This document shows positions 29,092 to 39,419 of a DNA stretch of 64,000 nt, one piece after another. The notes beneath the pieces are model-generated. The model worked only from the letters and a program-made list of their open reading frames with translations, made no database searches and was not told the origin of the DNA. The DNA comes from Nitrosopumilus sp. Lineage in GTDB: Archaea > Thermoproteota > Nitrososphaeria > Nitrososphaerales > Nitrosopumilaceae. The stretch's first letter is position 1. Every line of letters starts with the position of its first letter. Location of the stretch: NCBI GenBank assembly GCA_965205675.1, contig OZ242186.1, positions 320,001-384,000 on the forward strand. Reading direction: 5' to 3'. A program made the position numbers and the translations under genes.

Positions 29092-29313
29092 TTAGTTGAC
29101 CCAATAATAACTGCCTGTGGATTCTGCCTTGATTCCAAGAATCCAGTCAGCACTAGCAGTCATGTGTTTTGTTGTGTATGCACATGAATTGTAATCTGTG
29201 TCACTTACAGCATTTGATGTACTCAAACTCAGGCCTAAGTATGGTGTAGTTTTCACATAATTAATTACAGTTTCAGATCTACTATGGTAATGTACAAAAC
29301 CATCAACCGACAA
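29092..29313 (-). pseudogene. Probable 3' fragment of a truncated gene
   Basis: Protein-like S/T/Y-rich frame ending 14 bp before the next gene. No room for a longer 5' part before the radA promoter. Confidence 0.35.
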
Positions 29314-29365
29314 TCAATACAGAGAAGATCCACCTAAGACCCAACAGAACCCTCAAACAATAGCC

Positions 29366-29396
29366 TTATAAAGTACTAGTACCGTACTATACGGTA
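29366..29396 (+). promoter_or_regulatory. radA TATA box with downstream palindromes
   Basis: TTATAAA at 29366, then GTACTAGTAC and TACCGTA-CTA-TACGGTA reaching the ATG. Spacing suggests a leaderless transcript. Confidence 0.55.
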
Positions 29397-30595
29397 TGGT
29401 AGAAGATTTAAGATTAGATAGTTTAGAGGGCGTAGGTCCTGTAACTACAAGAAAATTATCCGATGCAGGTGTCCACAACGTCATGGACCTCATCGTTAGA
29501 GGTCCTGTTGAAATTGCAGACATTACTGGAATGGAAAAGGATACTGCTGAGAAAATTGTCAATAAAGCCCGACAGCATTTAGTTGAAGGTGGATTAATTG
29601 CTAAAGATTTTGTTAGTGCAAGTGAAATTTACAAGTATAGACAAAGTATTGGTAAAATTACAACTGGTACTAATTGTCTTGACACTCTCTTTGATGGGGG
29701 TATTGAGACTCAAGCATTAACTGAAGTTTATGGAGAATTTGGTTGTGGTAAAACGCAATTTGCACACACCATGTCTGTAATGGTTCAAAAAAGTAAAGAA
29801 GAAGGTGGACTTGGAGGTTCTGTTTTATACATTGATACAGAAAACACTTTCAGACCAGAAAGAATTGTATCTATTGCTCAAGCACATGACATGGATCCTG
29901 AAAAAGTTTTAGATAATATCATAGTAGCCCGTGCATACAATAGTGCACACCAAGTACTAATTTTAGAAGAAGCTGGTCCTGTAATTGAAGAAAACAATGT
30001 TAAACTAATTGTTGCAGATTCTGCAGTAGGTCTATTCCGTGCTGAATATCTTGGCAGAGGAACATTATCTGTAAGACAACAAAAACTAAATCATTTTGTT
30101 CACTTGTTGTCTAGAATTGCAGAAACGTACAACTGTGCTGCAATTGCAACTAACCAAGTTATGGCATCCCCTGATGTCTTCTTTGGCGATCCAACTCGTC
30201 CAATTGGAGGAAATGTAGTTGCACATACAAGTACCTATAGAATTTACTTTAAGAAATCAGGTAAGAAACGAATTGCAAGAATGGTAGATAGTCCTCATCA
30301 TCCTGAAGAGGAGGTAATCTTTGCTCTAGGTGAAGCAGGAATTGTAGATCCTGAAGAAGTCGAGAAAAAGACCAAAAAAACTACCAAGAAAGCAGATGTT
30401 AAAAAAACTACCAAGAAAGCTAAGGAATCTGAGGTAGAGGCTACAGTAGAAACACCTGAGGTAGAGGCTACAGTAGAAACACCTGAGGTAGAGGCTACAG
30501 TAGAAACACCTGAGGTAGAGGCTACAGTAGAAACACCTGAGGTAGAGGCTACAGTAGAAATCGAATCTGATGATCTCGATCCTGTAGAAGAGTAA
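29396..30595 (+). CDS. radA: DNA repair and recombination protein RadA with repetitive C-terminal tail
   Basis: GEFGCGKT, YIDTENTFRPER, ARAYNSAHQ, TNQV and PIGGNVVAH motifs. Confidence 0.97.
   Translation: MVEDLRLDSLEGVGPVTTRKLSDAGVHNVMDLIVRGPVEIADITGMEKDTAEKIVNKARQHLVEGGLIAKDFVSASEIYKYRQSIGKITTGTNCLDTLFDGGIETQALTEVYGEFGCGKTQFAHTMSVMVQKSKEEGGLGGSVLYIDTENTFRPERIVSIAQAHDMDPEKVLDNIIVARAYNSAHQVLILEEAGPVIEENNVKLIVADSAVGLFRAEYLGRGTLSVRQQKLNHFVHLLSRIAETYNCAAIATNQVMASPDVFFGDPTRPIGGNVVAHTSTYRIYFKKSGKKRIARMVDSPHHPEEEVIFALGEAGIVDPEEVEKKTKKTTKKADVKKTTKKAKESEVEATVETPEVEATVETPEVEATVETPEVEATVETPEVEATVEIESDDLDPVEE
30429..30560 (+). repeat. 27-bp tandem repeat, about 5 copies (EVEATVETP)
   Basis: Unit CTGAGGTAGAGGCTACAGTAGAAACAC: four perfect copies plus one partial. 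Confidence 0.95.
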
Positions 30596-30684
30596 TCACT
30601 TTTTCTCCCATCTTTTCATTATTTTTGATTTTATGAGTCCTCATAAAATTATAAAATATCCCGTTTTGAATCTGTTAATACATC

Positions 30685-31740
30685 ATGACAGATCTTTATC
30701 GATTACTTCCAGAAGAGATGGAACAACTTGTAACAGATATGGGCTATCCTAGATATAGAGCAGATCAAATTTTACTTCCTCTTTATTACAAATTTCCAAA
30801 AGATCTCAATGATATTCCACAACTCCCTAAAAAATTAAGAGAGGAATTAATTACAACAGGATATACAATTGGCTCTGCAAAAGAAACTCATCGTGTTGTA
30901 AGTGATGATGGAGATACTACAAAACTATTGCTTAATCTTGATAACAATCAAGCTGTAGAAACTGTTCTAATGCAGTATGACCCATCTAAGATTGGTGGCC
31001 ATCCACGTTCTACAATTTGTGTATCTACTCAAATTGGTTGTACAATGGGATGTGTGTTTTGTGCAACTGGTCAAATGGGATTTAAAACAAATCTAAAAGC
31101 CGAACATATTGTGTCTCAAGTAATTCATTTTGCAAAAATATTACAAAAACGAGGAGAACATGTAACAAATTTAGTTTTTATGGGAATGGGAGAACCTATG
31201 GCAAATTATGATGAAATGATTCGAGCTGTTAAAATTTTAACACATGATAGAGGATTTGGATTAGGTCAAAGACACATCACAATTTCTACTATTGGACTTA
31301 AATCTGGAATTGAAAAACTTGCAGAAGAAAATCTACAAATTGGCTTGGCAATTTCTCTTCATGCCCCAAACAATGAATTGAGAAAAAAACTAGTTCCTAC
31401 TGCTACTCCTAATTCTGTAGAGGAGATAATTGAAATTGGAAGAGATTATTTTAAAAAAACTGGACGTCGTGTTACATTTGAATATGCACTTATGGCTGGA
31501 GTTAATGATTCACCTGAAATTGCCACAGAATTAGCTAGTCTTTTGAAGGGAAATGGTTCTCATGTGAATTTAATCCCAATAAATCCAACTGCAGGTGATT
31601 TCCAACGTCCATCAGAAGATAATGTACATGAGTTTGAACAAATTTTATCCAAGGCAGGGGTGAATTGTACAATTAGAATTGAAAAAGGAACTGAAATTTC
31701 AGCTGCTTGTGGCCAGCTCAGAACCGATCTTATTGACTAA
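30685..31740 (+). CDS. rlmN: RlmN/Cfr-family radical SAM RNA methyltransferase
   Basis: CVSTQIGCTMGCVFCATG, MGMGEP, ISLHA and AACGQL motifs. Confidence 0.9.
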   Translation: MTDLYRLLPEEMEQLVTDMGYPRYRADQILLPLYYKFPKDLNDIPQLPKKLREELITTGYTIGSAKETHRVVSDDGDTTKLLLNLDNNQAVETVLMQYDPSKIGGHPRSTICVSTQIGCTMGCVFCATGQMGFKTNLKAEHIVSQVIHFAKILQKRGEHVTNLVFMGMGEPMANYDEMIRAVKILTHDRGFGLGQRHITISTIGLKSGIEKLAEENLQIGLAISLHAPNNELRKKLVPTATPNSVEEIIEIGRDYFKKTGRRVTFEYALMAGVNDSPEIATELASLLKGNGSHVNLIPINPTAGDFQRPSEDNVHEFEQILSKAGVNCTIRIEKGTEISAACGQLRTDLID

Positions 31741-31795
31741 AATTTACCGAGTATGTACTAAGTCTTAAAATAGGGCTTTCCAAGGTTTTACACTC

Positions 31796-32095
31796 ATGGC
31801 AACTAAGAAATCCCATGGTCGTTCACATGGATTTAAGCATAAATCAAGATCTGTAATGAAGAAAAAGGCTCCTAGAGGAGTCTCATTTTTGTTACGTGAA
31901 TACCAAGAAGGTCAACAAGCACTTGTCATTATCGATCCAAGACAGCACAAAGGATTACCACATAGACGATACCACGGTAAAGTAGGTCTCATTACTAATG
32001 TTGGTAGACGTGCTATTACACTTGATGTGAAATTAGGCGATAAATCGAAAACCTTAATCACTAGGTTGGATCATATAAAACCATTCGGTGTATAA
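31796..32095 (+). CDS. rpl21e: 50S ribosomal protein eL21
   Basis: HKGLPHRRYHGKVG motif. Confidence 0.95.
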   Translation: MATKKSHGRSHGFKHKSRSVMKKKAPRGVSFLLREYQEGQQALVIIDPRQHKGLPHRRYHGKVGLITNVGRRAITLDVKLGDKSKTLITRLDHIKPFGV

Positions 32096-32096
32096 T

Positions 32097-32423
32097 ATGG
32101 AAGAAGTAAAAAAGAAACAAGCTATTTCTCTTTCAGAAGTTAAAGAAATTTTAGGCAAAGTTGATGTTGAAGAAATGGATCAAATTCAGCGTTGGACATA
32201 TGATTATGTTTCAAAATTTGTATCAACTGAATCAAAAGATGCAAAAGATATGAAAAAAAAACTCATCAAAGAATGTGAATTAACAGAAGATGAAGCTGTA
32301 GAAATAGTTAACATTAGACCTACAAGTTTAGCTGAATTACGTTCATTCACATTTGGTTGGAAAAAATTAATTCTTGCTGAAACCTTAGAAAAAATGCTCA
32401 AAATAATCAAGGAGCATTCGTAA
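32097..32423 (+). CDS. rpo4: RNA polymerase subunit Rpo4 (F)
   Basis: ISLSEVKEIL...EIVNIRPTSLAELR, in the conserved eL21-Rpo4-DUF655-KsgA order. Confidence 0.88.
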   Translation: MEEVKKKQAISLSEVKEILGKVDVEEMDQIQRWTYDYVSKFVSTESKDAKDMKKKLIKECELTEDEAVEIVNIRPTSLAELRSFTFGWKKLILAETLEKMLKIIKEHS

Positions 32424-32443
32424 GTTTTTAGGAGTATTCAATT

Positions 32444-33010
32444 TTGTCTCGGGCACAACCCCCAGCTAGAAAGTATGAGGAGCATGTATATGTTTTAGAT
32501 TTCAATTCTAGAGGTAAATCATCTACTGTTAGAGGTAGGGATGGAATTATAATTACTGCAATTGGTGAGAATAGATTAACTTTATTGGAAGTTCTTGGTA
32601 TCCCAAATTCTACATTTGAAATTGGGGAAAAAATCTACATTGGAAAAGAAGGACGAACCAAGGTTTTGTCTGTTTTAGGAAAAATGGAATATGATAAAAT
32701 TTCATCATCTGCACAAAGTGAACTAAGTGCAGTTGTTGAAAACATTGTAACAGCTAATGAACAAAAATTTGTTACATATCTCAATAATGCACAACCTCTA
32801 ACGCCAAGAATACATGCTCTGGAATTAATTCCAGGTATTGGAAAGACCTACATGAAAACTATGCTTGAGGAAAGAGAAAAACAAAAATTTGAAAGCTATC
32901 AAGATTTGCAAGAACGTGTTGGGTTTAAAGAACCAATTAAGCACATTTCTGAGAGAATTCTAGATGAAATTACAGGTGAAAGTAGAATGAATCTCTTTGT
33001 TAAGAGATGA
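32444..33010 (+). CDS. DUF655 family protein
   Basis: EEHVYVLDF, AIGENRLTLLE and RIHALELIPGIGK motifs. Confidence 0.9.
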   Translation: MSRAQPPARKYEEHVYVLDFNSRGKSSTVRGRDGIIITAIGENRLTLLEVLGIPNSTFEIGEKIYIGKEGRTKVLSVLGKMEYDKISSSAQSELSAVVENIVTANEQKFVTYLNNAQPLTPRIHALELIPGIGKTYMKTMLEEREKQKFESYQDLQERVGFKEPIKHISERILDEITGESRMNLFVKR

Positions 33011-33714
33011 TAAAACGAAAACGTCTTGGACAACACTTTCTAACATCTCATTCCATAGCCAAATCCATTGTTTCTGAGGCAAAAATTACAAAAAATGATG
33101 TTGTTTTTGAGATTGGGATTGGAGATGGAATATTGACTCCTCTTTTATGTCAAAAAGCTGATAAGGTAATCTCAATTGATGCTGATGAAACACTGATTAG
33201 AAATGTCAAATCTAGATTTTCCAATATTGATAATCTTGTCTTAAAATCTGGTGATGGTTTTAAGGAAAAAAATGTTTTTGATATTTTTGTTTCAAATTTA
33301 CCCTATTCTAGAAGTAAAGATGCAATTGAATGGTTAGCCCAGACTTCTTTTTCTCATGGAGTGATTATGGTTCAAAAAGAATTTGCAGATAAGCTTGTTA
33401 CACAGTCTTCTAGACAGAGAAAATCTATTAGTATTATTGCAACTCATGGATTTAAAATTAGTACAATATCTAAGGTAGGAAAAAATAATTTTGCCCCTCC
33501 TCCAAAAATTGATTCTGTAATTCTAAAAATTATTAAAAAAAACGATATGACAAAGGATCTAATTCAAACAATTAACAAAATTTTCTCATATCGTAGAAAA
33601 ACTGTCAAAAATGTTCTTAAACAATTCAATAAAGTAAGTGCAACGGATAAACGAATAGATGATCTTTCAGGAGATGAAATAATTAATCTTGCAAAGAAAA
33701 TCCTTGAAAAATGA
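33007..33714 (+). CDS. rsmA: 16S rRNA adenine dimethyltransferase KsgA/RsmA
   Basis: LGQHFL, EIGIGDG, SNLPY, MVQKE and FAPPPKIDS motifs. Confidence 0.92.
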   Translation: MIKRKRLGQHFLTSHSIAKSIVSEAKITKNDVVFEIGIGDGILTPLLCQKADKVISIDADETLIRNVKSRFSNIDNLVLKSGDGFKEKNVFDIFVSNLPYSRSKDAIEWLAQTSFSHGVIMVQKEFADKLVTQSSRQRKSISIIATHGFKISTISKVGKNNFAPPPKIDSVILKIIKKNDMTKDLIQTINKIFSYRRKTVKNVLKQFNKVSATDKRIDDLSGDEIINLAKKILEK

Positions 33715-34234
33715 CGAGTATCCTCCTTCTGAGGATACTTTTTTTATTGTAGATAATATCAAAAATGAAACAGGAGAGTATGCTTTAGATATTGGAAGTG
33801 GCTCTGGTTACTTGACAAAATTATTATCTGAGAATTTTTCTTTTGTTGTTGGTACTGATATTAATTTTAATGTGTTAAAAACTCAAACTTACAAAACAGA
33901 AAATTTAGTTTGTTGTAATAGTTCTGATGCATTAAAAATAAAATTTAATTTTGTTGTATGTAATTTACCTTATCTTGCAACAAATGAAATCATTGATGTT
34001 GCGACTGATGGTGGAGAAGAAGGATTTGAAATTCCTAAAAAAATATTTGATTCTGTGATTAAAAATATATCTGATAAAGGCAAGTTTGTTTTTGTAACCT
34101 CTTCATTGTCCAATTATAAAAAATTGATTAAATATGCTCAAAAATTAGGACTAAAAACTAGAATTATAGCTAGAAAGAAACTTTTTTTTGAGGAATTAAT
34201 TCTTGTAGAAGCTACTTTTTACTTATTTTCTTAG
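33689..34234 (+). CDS. HemK2/Mtq2-like methyltransferase
   Basis: YPPSEDTF, LDIGSGSG, NLPYL and DGGEEG motifs. Confidence 0.85.
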   Translation: MQRKSLKNDEYPPSEDTFFIVDNIKNETGEYALDIGSGSGYLTKLLSENFSFVVGTDINFNVLKTQTYKTENLVCCNSSDALKIKFNFVVCNLPYLATNEIIDVATDGGEEGFEIPKKIFDSVIKNISDKGKFVFVTSSLSNYKKLIKYAQKLGLKTRIIARKKLFFEELILVEATFYLFS

Positions 34235-35275
34235 ATTTTCTTTGGCGTATGTAATTATTGCATCAGTCATTTGTGTCGTAGATGCATTACCTCCAATATC
34301 CCATGTTACTGTGTTTCCTTCGTTAATTACTTGTTCAGTTGCAATAAAGATTGCATCTCTAATTTCCCTTTCACCCATATAATCTGCCATCCAAGCTCCA
34401 GATAGAATAGTTGCAGTTGGATTTACTTTGTTTTGTCCTGCAAATTGTGGGGCACTTCCATGTGCTGCTTCAAACATTGCATAGTTGTCTCCAATATTTG
34501 CAGAGTAGATTAATCCAATTGAACCTATCAACGCTGATGCTAACTCAGAAATAATATCCATGAATAAATTGGTACTAACTAACACTGAACCATCAAACTG
34601 TTCAGTTGCAATTACCATTTGTTGTGCCATGTTATCTATATAAATCTCAGATAGTTTTATTCCAGTTCCTTCAACTGCTTTTTGTGCTTCATCCCAAAAT
34701 ATTCCATCAGTTTGTTTTAGAATATTTCTTTTTGTTATTGCAATCATTTTTTTCATATTGAATTTATTTGCCCAATCTACTGCTGAATCAACCAGCCTTC
34801 TACTTCCTTGCCTTGTAATTTTTCTAATTGCTATTGCAGCATCATCTGTGATTTTTGATTCTACTCCTGTGTAGAGTCCTTCAGTTGCTTCTCTGAAACA
34901 TACACAATCAAGTTTTCTATTTGGTGTTAATCTGTCATAAGTTTTAGTTGGTCTGATATTTGCATAAAGATCAAATTTCTGTCTTAATGTAACTGCTACA
35001 CTTCTAGGTGCTCCGGGAACTGGTATGGTAGTAGTTGGACCTTTAAAACAACAATCTACATCCTCCAGAGTTTTCATGGTTGTATCAGGAATGTATGAAT
35101 CATCTTTTCTGCCATTTTTGTCCCATTGTTCTGAACCTGCTTCACAGAGAATTAGTTCTGATTGAAAGTTGCATTCCTTTAGTACTTTTAACATTGAATC
35201 TACAACTTCAGGGCCTATGCCATCCCCTTTCATCACTGCTGTTTTTTTACTCAAAACTGCAAGATTTTGAGTCAT
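34223..35275 (-). CDS. Isocitrate/3-isopropylmalate dehydrogenase family protein
   Basis: [38 protein letters not shown] and VNPTATIL motifs. Confidence 0.92.
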   Translation of the reverse strand: MTQNLAVLSKKTAVMKGDGIGPEVVDSMLKVLKECNFQSELILCEAGSEQWDKNGRKDDSYIPDTTMKTLEDVDCCFKGPTTTIPVPGAPRSVAVTLRQKFDLYANIRPTKTYDRLTPNRKLDCVCFREATEGLYTGVESKITDDAAIAIRKITRQGSRRLVDSAVDWANKFNMKKMIAITKRNILKQTDGIFWDEAQKAVEGTGIKLSEIYIDNMAQQMVIATEQFDGSVLVSTNLFMDIISELASALIGSIGLIYSANIGDNYAMFEAAHGSAPQFAGQNKVNPTATILSGAWMADYMGEREIRDAIFIATEQVINEGNTVTWDIGGNASTTQMTDAIITYAKENLRK

Positions 35276-35365
35276 TTATTATTTAATTCTACCTGGATTT
35301 TGAAATGCTTTCTATATTTTTTCTATAGAGATGATTTAATACCTAATTTAGCAAATAATTTTCAA

Positions 35366-36112
35366 ATGCAGATAGTTCAAATCTCTGATTTACATGTTGG
35401 GTCTCAATTTTTACAAGAAAAATTTGATGTCTTGGTAAATGAAATAAATGAATTAAATCCTGATGTAATAGTAATAACTGGGGATTTAACAAATGAAGGA
35501 TTAATGAAAGAATATGAGCAATGTAAATCTCTTTTAACACAATTTAAAACAAAAAAAATCATCACTATTAGTGGAAATCATGATTATAGAAATACAGGTT
35601 ATCTCTTATTCAAGAAATTTTTTCCATTTGAAACAGTAAATGAATTAGGTGATGATATTGTTTTAGTTACAGTTGGAACTGCTAGACCTGATAGAAATGA
35701 AGGTGAAGTGGGATATAGACAAAATTTGTGGTTAGAGAGAACTATGAAAAAATACAAAGATAAAGTAAAGATTGTTGCAATGCATCACCATTTAATTGCA
35801 ATCCCTGATACTGGTTCTGATCAACTTACTGTAGTTGATGCAGGCGATGTACTTCGAACTATTTTAGATTCTAAAGTTGATGTTGTATTATGTGGACACA
35901 AACACAGACCTTGGGCTTGGAATTTCAGATCACTTACAGTTGTTAATGCAGGAACTGCTACGTCTGAACGGGTTCGTGGATTCTTTGAGAATACATACAA
36001 CATTCTTACCATTTCAAACAAAAAAATTCAAGTTGATCTGAAAATTGTAGGTGGTAAAAGATTTTCAATTGATGAAATTGTTAATAATCACTCTCAATTC
36101 CCTGACGAATGA
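35366..36112 (+). CDS. Calcineurin-like metallophosphoesterase
   Basis: ISDLH, TGDLT, GNHD, HHH and GHKH motifs. ATG at 35366 preferred. Confidence 0.9.
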   Translation: MQIVQISDLHVGSQFLQEKFDVLVNEINELNPDVIVITGDLTNEGLMKEYEQCKSLLTQFKTKKIITISGNHDYRNTGYLLFKKFFPFETVNELGDDIVLVTVGTARPDRNEGEVGYRQNLWLERTMKKYKDKVKIVAMHHHLIAIPDTGSDQLTVVDAGDVLRTILDSKVDVVLCGHKHRPWAWNFRSLTVVNAGTATSERVRGFFENTYNILTISNKKIQVDLKIVGGKRFSIDEIVNNHSQFPDE

Positions 36113-36145
36113 ATTTATTTACAGATAACTTCTAGGCCTCTTTAT

Positions 36146-36232
36146 GCGGGGATCGCCTAGCCTGGTAGGGCGTAGGATTGCTAATCCTATGTCCGCAAGG
36201 ACACGGGGGTTCAAATCCCCCTCCCCGCGCCA
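36146..36232 (+). tRNA. tRNA-Ser(GCT) with encoded CCA
   Basis: Acceptor GCGGGGA/TCCCCGC, anticodon arm TAGGA-TTGCTAA-TCCTA, long variable arm GTCC-GCAA-GGAC and G73. Confidence 0.95.
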
Positions 36233-36267
36233 TTAAACCTTAATAGACCGAATCAAGAAGTTTTTTC

Positions 36268-36429
36268 ATGGGACGAAGAAAATCACAGAAAATCATTCGT
36301 ACTGGCCCAAAAAATGCAACAACTGGTATGTGTCCTATTTGTAAAACAATTGGTAAAATTTTCATTCTTGGTTCTCCTGGTGAAGAGAGAGCAAAATGTG
36401 AAAAATGTCGCCAAGAATTCGAATTATAG
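36268..36429 (+). CDS. Small zinc-ribbon protein, Elf1-like (53 aa)
   Basis: MGRRKSQKIIR...CPICK...CEKCRQEFEL. Confidence 0.65.
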   Translation: MGRRKSQKIIRTGPKNATTGMCPICKTIGKIFILGSPGEERAKCEKCRQEFEL

Positions 36430-36620
36430 TTTAATCATCTAATTTTAAAGGATATGATTTAGGATCAAATTTTCTTGATTTTTATTTTTGATAATGATCG
36501 TTTTTCATAAATATGTCTTTTTTAAAAATTAATTGTGAAAAAAATAGAGGCGCCATAATTAAGAAAAAGAATTTTCCTACAATTAAAATAAACCTAAACA
36601 CTGTAGGGATCTACATAATT

Positions 36621-37751
36621 GCGACTTGGGCATAATTATTTACAAAAATAATTCTCAGTGATTTCCTAACAACAAAGCATTCTCTTCACAGTTCTTGGAT
36701 TCTCTGCACCAATTGCACAGTTGTAATACACTGTCAACTGATACACCAACATAAATGATTTGACATTGTGCAATCCCCTTACTGGCAATACTCTGATGTC
36801 AAAAATATCTTTGAGATACTCAAAGAGAGACTCAATTGAGATTTTTCTATCTGCATACAGCTCTTGACCAATTACAGAATTGTAAAACTCTGCGAGTTTT
36901 ATTCTCTCTGGTGGTGTATGCGGGTATTGTTTTATTGGAGTAATTAGTCTCAGATTTTTCTTGTTGCTAAATTGGTGCAGTGAACCATTGTCATATGCAG
37001 GATCACATAAGATATTCTCAACAAATCCTGCAAGAGATTCAGTTAGTATTTCATACATCTTGCCGTCATGAACATTTGCAGTTGAGACATAAGCAGATAA
37101 AGGAACAACCAGTTTGCCAGTACTGCAACTTATGTGTAGTTTATATCCAAATATTCAACCCTTTGATTTGGATAATCCTCATTGAACAATCAGTGTCAAT
37201 TCCTGAAATTGGTAAACGATTATTCTTCATGTCTGATTTGTGCCATACTGGACCCTGTGGCTTTTAGCATTGAACTATCAACTGATGCAGATACGTCATC
37301 GACTAGTTTATCGGAGATAAACTGACTTTCCATTGTCCCAACGATATCACCAATTGGCAGAACTTGAAATCGTCTGTCAATGGTTCTTCTGTTTGGAATT
37401 TGAGTTAATCTACAAACCTTGAACAATTTATCATCAGTACCTTTAGTTGAAAGAAAATAATGAAACGTATTGTTACTAGGAATTCTCATCCACGACTTTA
37501 TGATAAATAGTTGCACCATTAGAATAGTTGAATAGACATACGGCCCTGCCCGATCTGAATACTTCCTCATACAAAGACAACATTCCCACCAAATGTAACA
37601 CACAAATAAGAAATGATTGATACCTTATGTTGCTGGGGATTTTCATTTGTTTTAACATTCCAATGAACAAAACATGATAAGATCCTTAACTTTTTGATTT
37701 GAATAATTTGAGAAACTAAACAAGAATTAGAATTAATCATGCCCATGTCTC
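36621..37751 (-). mobile_element. Near full-length DDE IS (IS5/IS982-like) with pseudogenized transposase
   Basis: TIRs GCGACTTGGGCATAATT / AATCATGCCCATGTCTC. Fragments SVDSSMLKA, GYKLH, ANVHD, CDPAYD and RKISIESLFEYLK across frameshifts. Confidence 0.85.
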
Positions 37752-38034
37752 GGATATCTGATAATTGATGATATCTGTATGGTTAATTTAATGAATCGTC
37801 AGGTAAAATATTGATGATTTCTATGTAGCCATAACTTTGTAATTAAAATACAAAAATACTATTCCAAAAATTACAATTGGGAGTCTCTAACTAAACCAAT
37901 TATCACCTATAATACTTGAAAGGTTATTCAATTAAAGATAAACCAAATAACTGACATGGTGTGCGATCCATCTCCGATATGAATCATCTAGTAAAATATG
38001 TGAAATATTTCTCATCTAAAGTCTTACAGATTGG

Positions 38035-38952
38035 ATGATTCAATACAAATATGTGGATCTAGGGCAGATAACACCAGAGTTCCAAAAAGAGATTAGAAAC
38101 AACATTGGTGATATCTATATTGGAAATGTATCAGGAACCGATGGCGCAATATTCTCAAAAGACGTGTTTGCATCTGAAACGTTACAAAGAAAGTTAGCAT
38201 CATTACCAAAATTTCATTTTATGCATATTTTGGAAAAACAAGAGATACCGTTACAGGTTGGCATGCCTCTGGATAAAGTACTGCCAGATAATTCTTTACA
38301 TGAATTTTTAGAAAACGAGTCAAAGAAACTCATAGTAAAGCAGGTCAAGGATTCATTTAATTTTGATGATAGTTTCTGGCTTGACTTGTGTGTTGTTCCA
38401 CCGCTACCAAAGACTGAGTGGCTAATACTTTGTTCCTTACATCATAATCCAAAAAACCTTACAAAACAAGTTGCAGATATTGACTCAAACGATAGGGATG
38501 TGATATCTGTACTATTGCAGGAGATGAATGATGAGAAAAAAATCAAAGTTGTAAGGACCAGAAAGATGGGAAGTCAGACAGAAAAAATCTACGGACTGAG
38601 TGAGAAATCACTAATTTATTTCCCAACTGACTATTCGCTAATTGGGCAAGCTGAGGGGATTAATGATGTTGCAACTGCTGCATTTGATCATAATGTTTCC
38701 TTTGGCAGATTTGTAAGCATTGCAAAACAGAAAGGCGATGACAGAGTGGATATGTTAGCATATGACTATGATTCAAAAGAAGTGATATCAATTGAGATAG
38801 AGTCCCAGTCTGAAACCAGTTCTCATCCTGAACAGGTAAAGCATAACGGTGAAAAGTGGATAAAGATGGGTTTTGATTCTTGTCAGATCTGGAGCAAGTC
38901 AAAGAAGATTAAAAATTATGTCACAAATTGTGATGTGTTTGTTGTGCAATGA
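38035..38952 (+). pseudogene. 5'-truncated protein, possibly the C-terminal part of a VirD4/HerA-like ATPase with a nuclease-like tail
   Basis: LGQITPEFQKEIRNN...GNVSGTDG...LASLPKFHF resembles the region after Walker B. No Walker A. C-terminal RVDMLAYD...ISIEIE. Confidence 0.45.
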
Positions 38953-39085
38953 TTATTTTGATAATAGAAAAAAGAGATTAGCGCGTTGGCCTAACCTACC
39001 TAAGAACTAACATTATTAGTTTAGATTTTTTAATAAACCTTGTGGGCCTGTAGCATGAGGGTAAGGTCAAGAGTTATACTCACAA

Positions 39086-39309
39086 AGAAAAGTCTTGAAT
39101 CCCTCTTTGAGTATCTCAAAGATATTTTTGACATCAGAGTATTGCCAGTAAAGGGATTGCACAATGTCAAATCATTTATGTTGGTGTATCAGTTGACAGT
39201 GTATTACAACTGGGCAATTGGTGCAGAGAATCCAAGAATTGTAAAGAGAATGCTTTGTTGTTAGGAAATCACTGAGAATTATTTTTGTAAATAATTATGT
39301 CCAAGTCGC
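39086..39309 (+). mobile_element. 3' fragment of the same IS, inverted copy of about 36621..36845
   Basis: LFEYLKDIFDIRVLPVKGLHNVKSFMLVYQ...KRMLCC and TIR TTATGTCCAAGTCGC. Confidence 0.85.
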
Positions 39310-39419
39310 AATTATGTGAATTGAAAAAGATACTAAGATAAGATGCACAATGTCAATTTTGTTTATATAATTTTCTTGAAATGTGTTTAGTAATCATATT
39401 TTTGTATTACAAAAAGTGT

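Noticed and set aside
39044-39085. GGGCCTGTAGC, resembling a tRNA 5' end or att site
   Set aside because: Only 11 nt, with no cloverleaf and no match to the tRNAs in this window.
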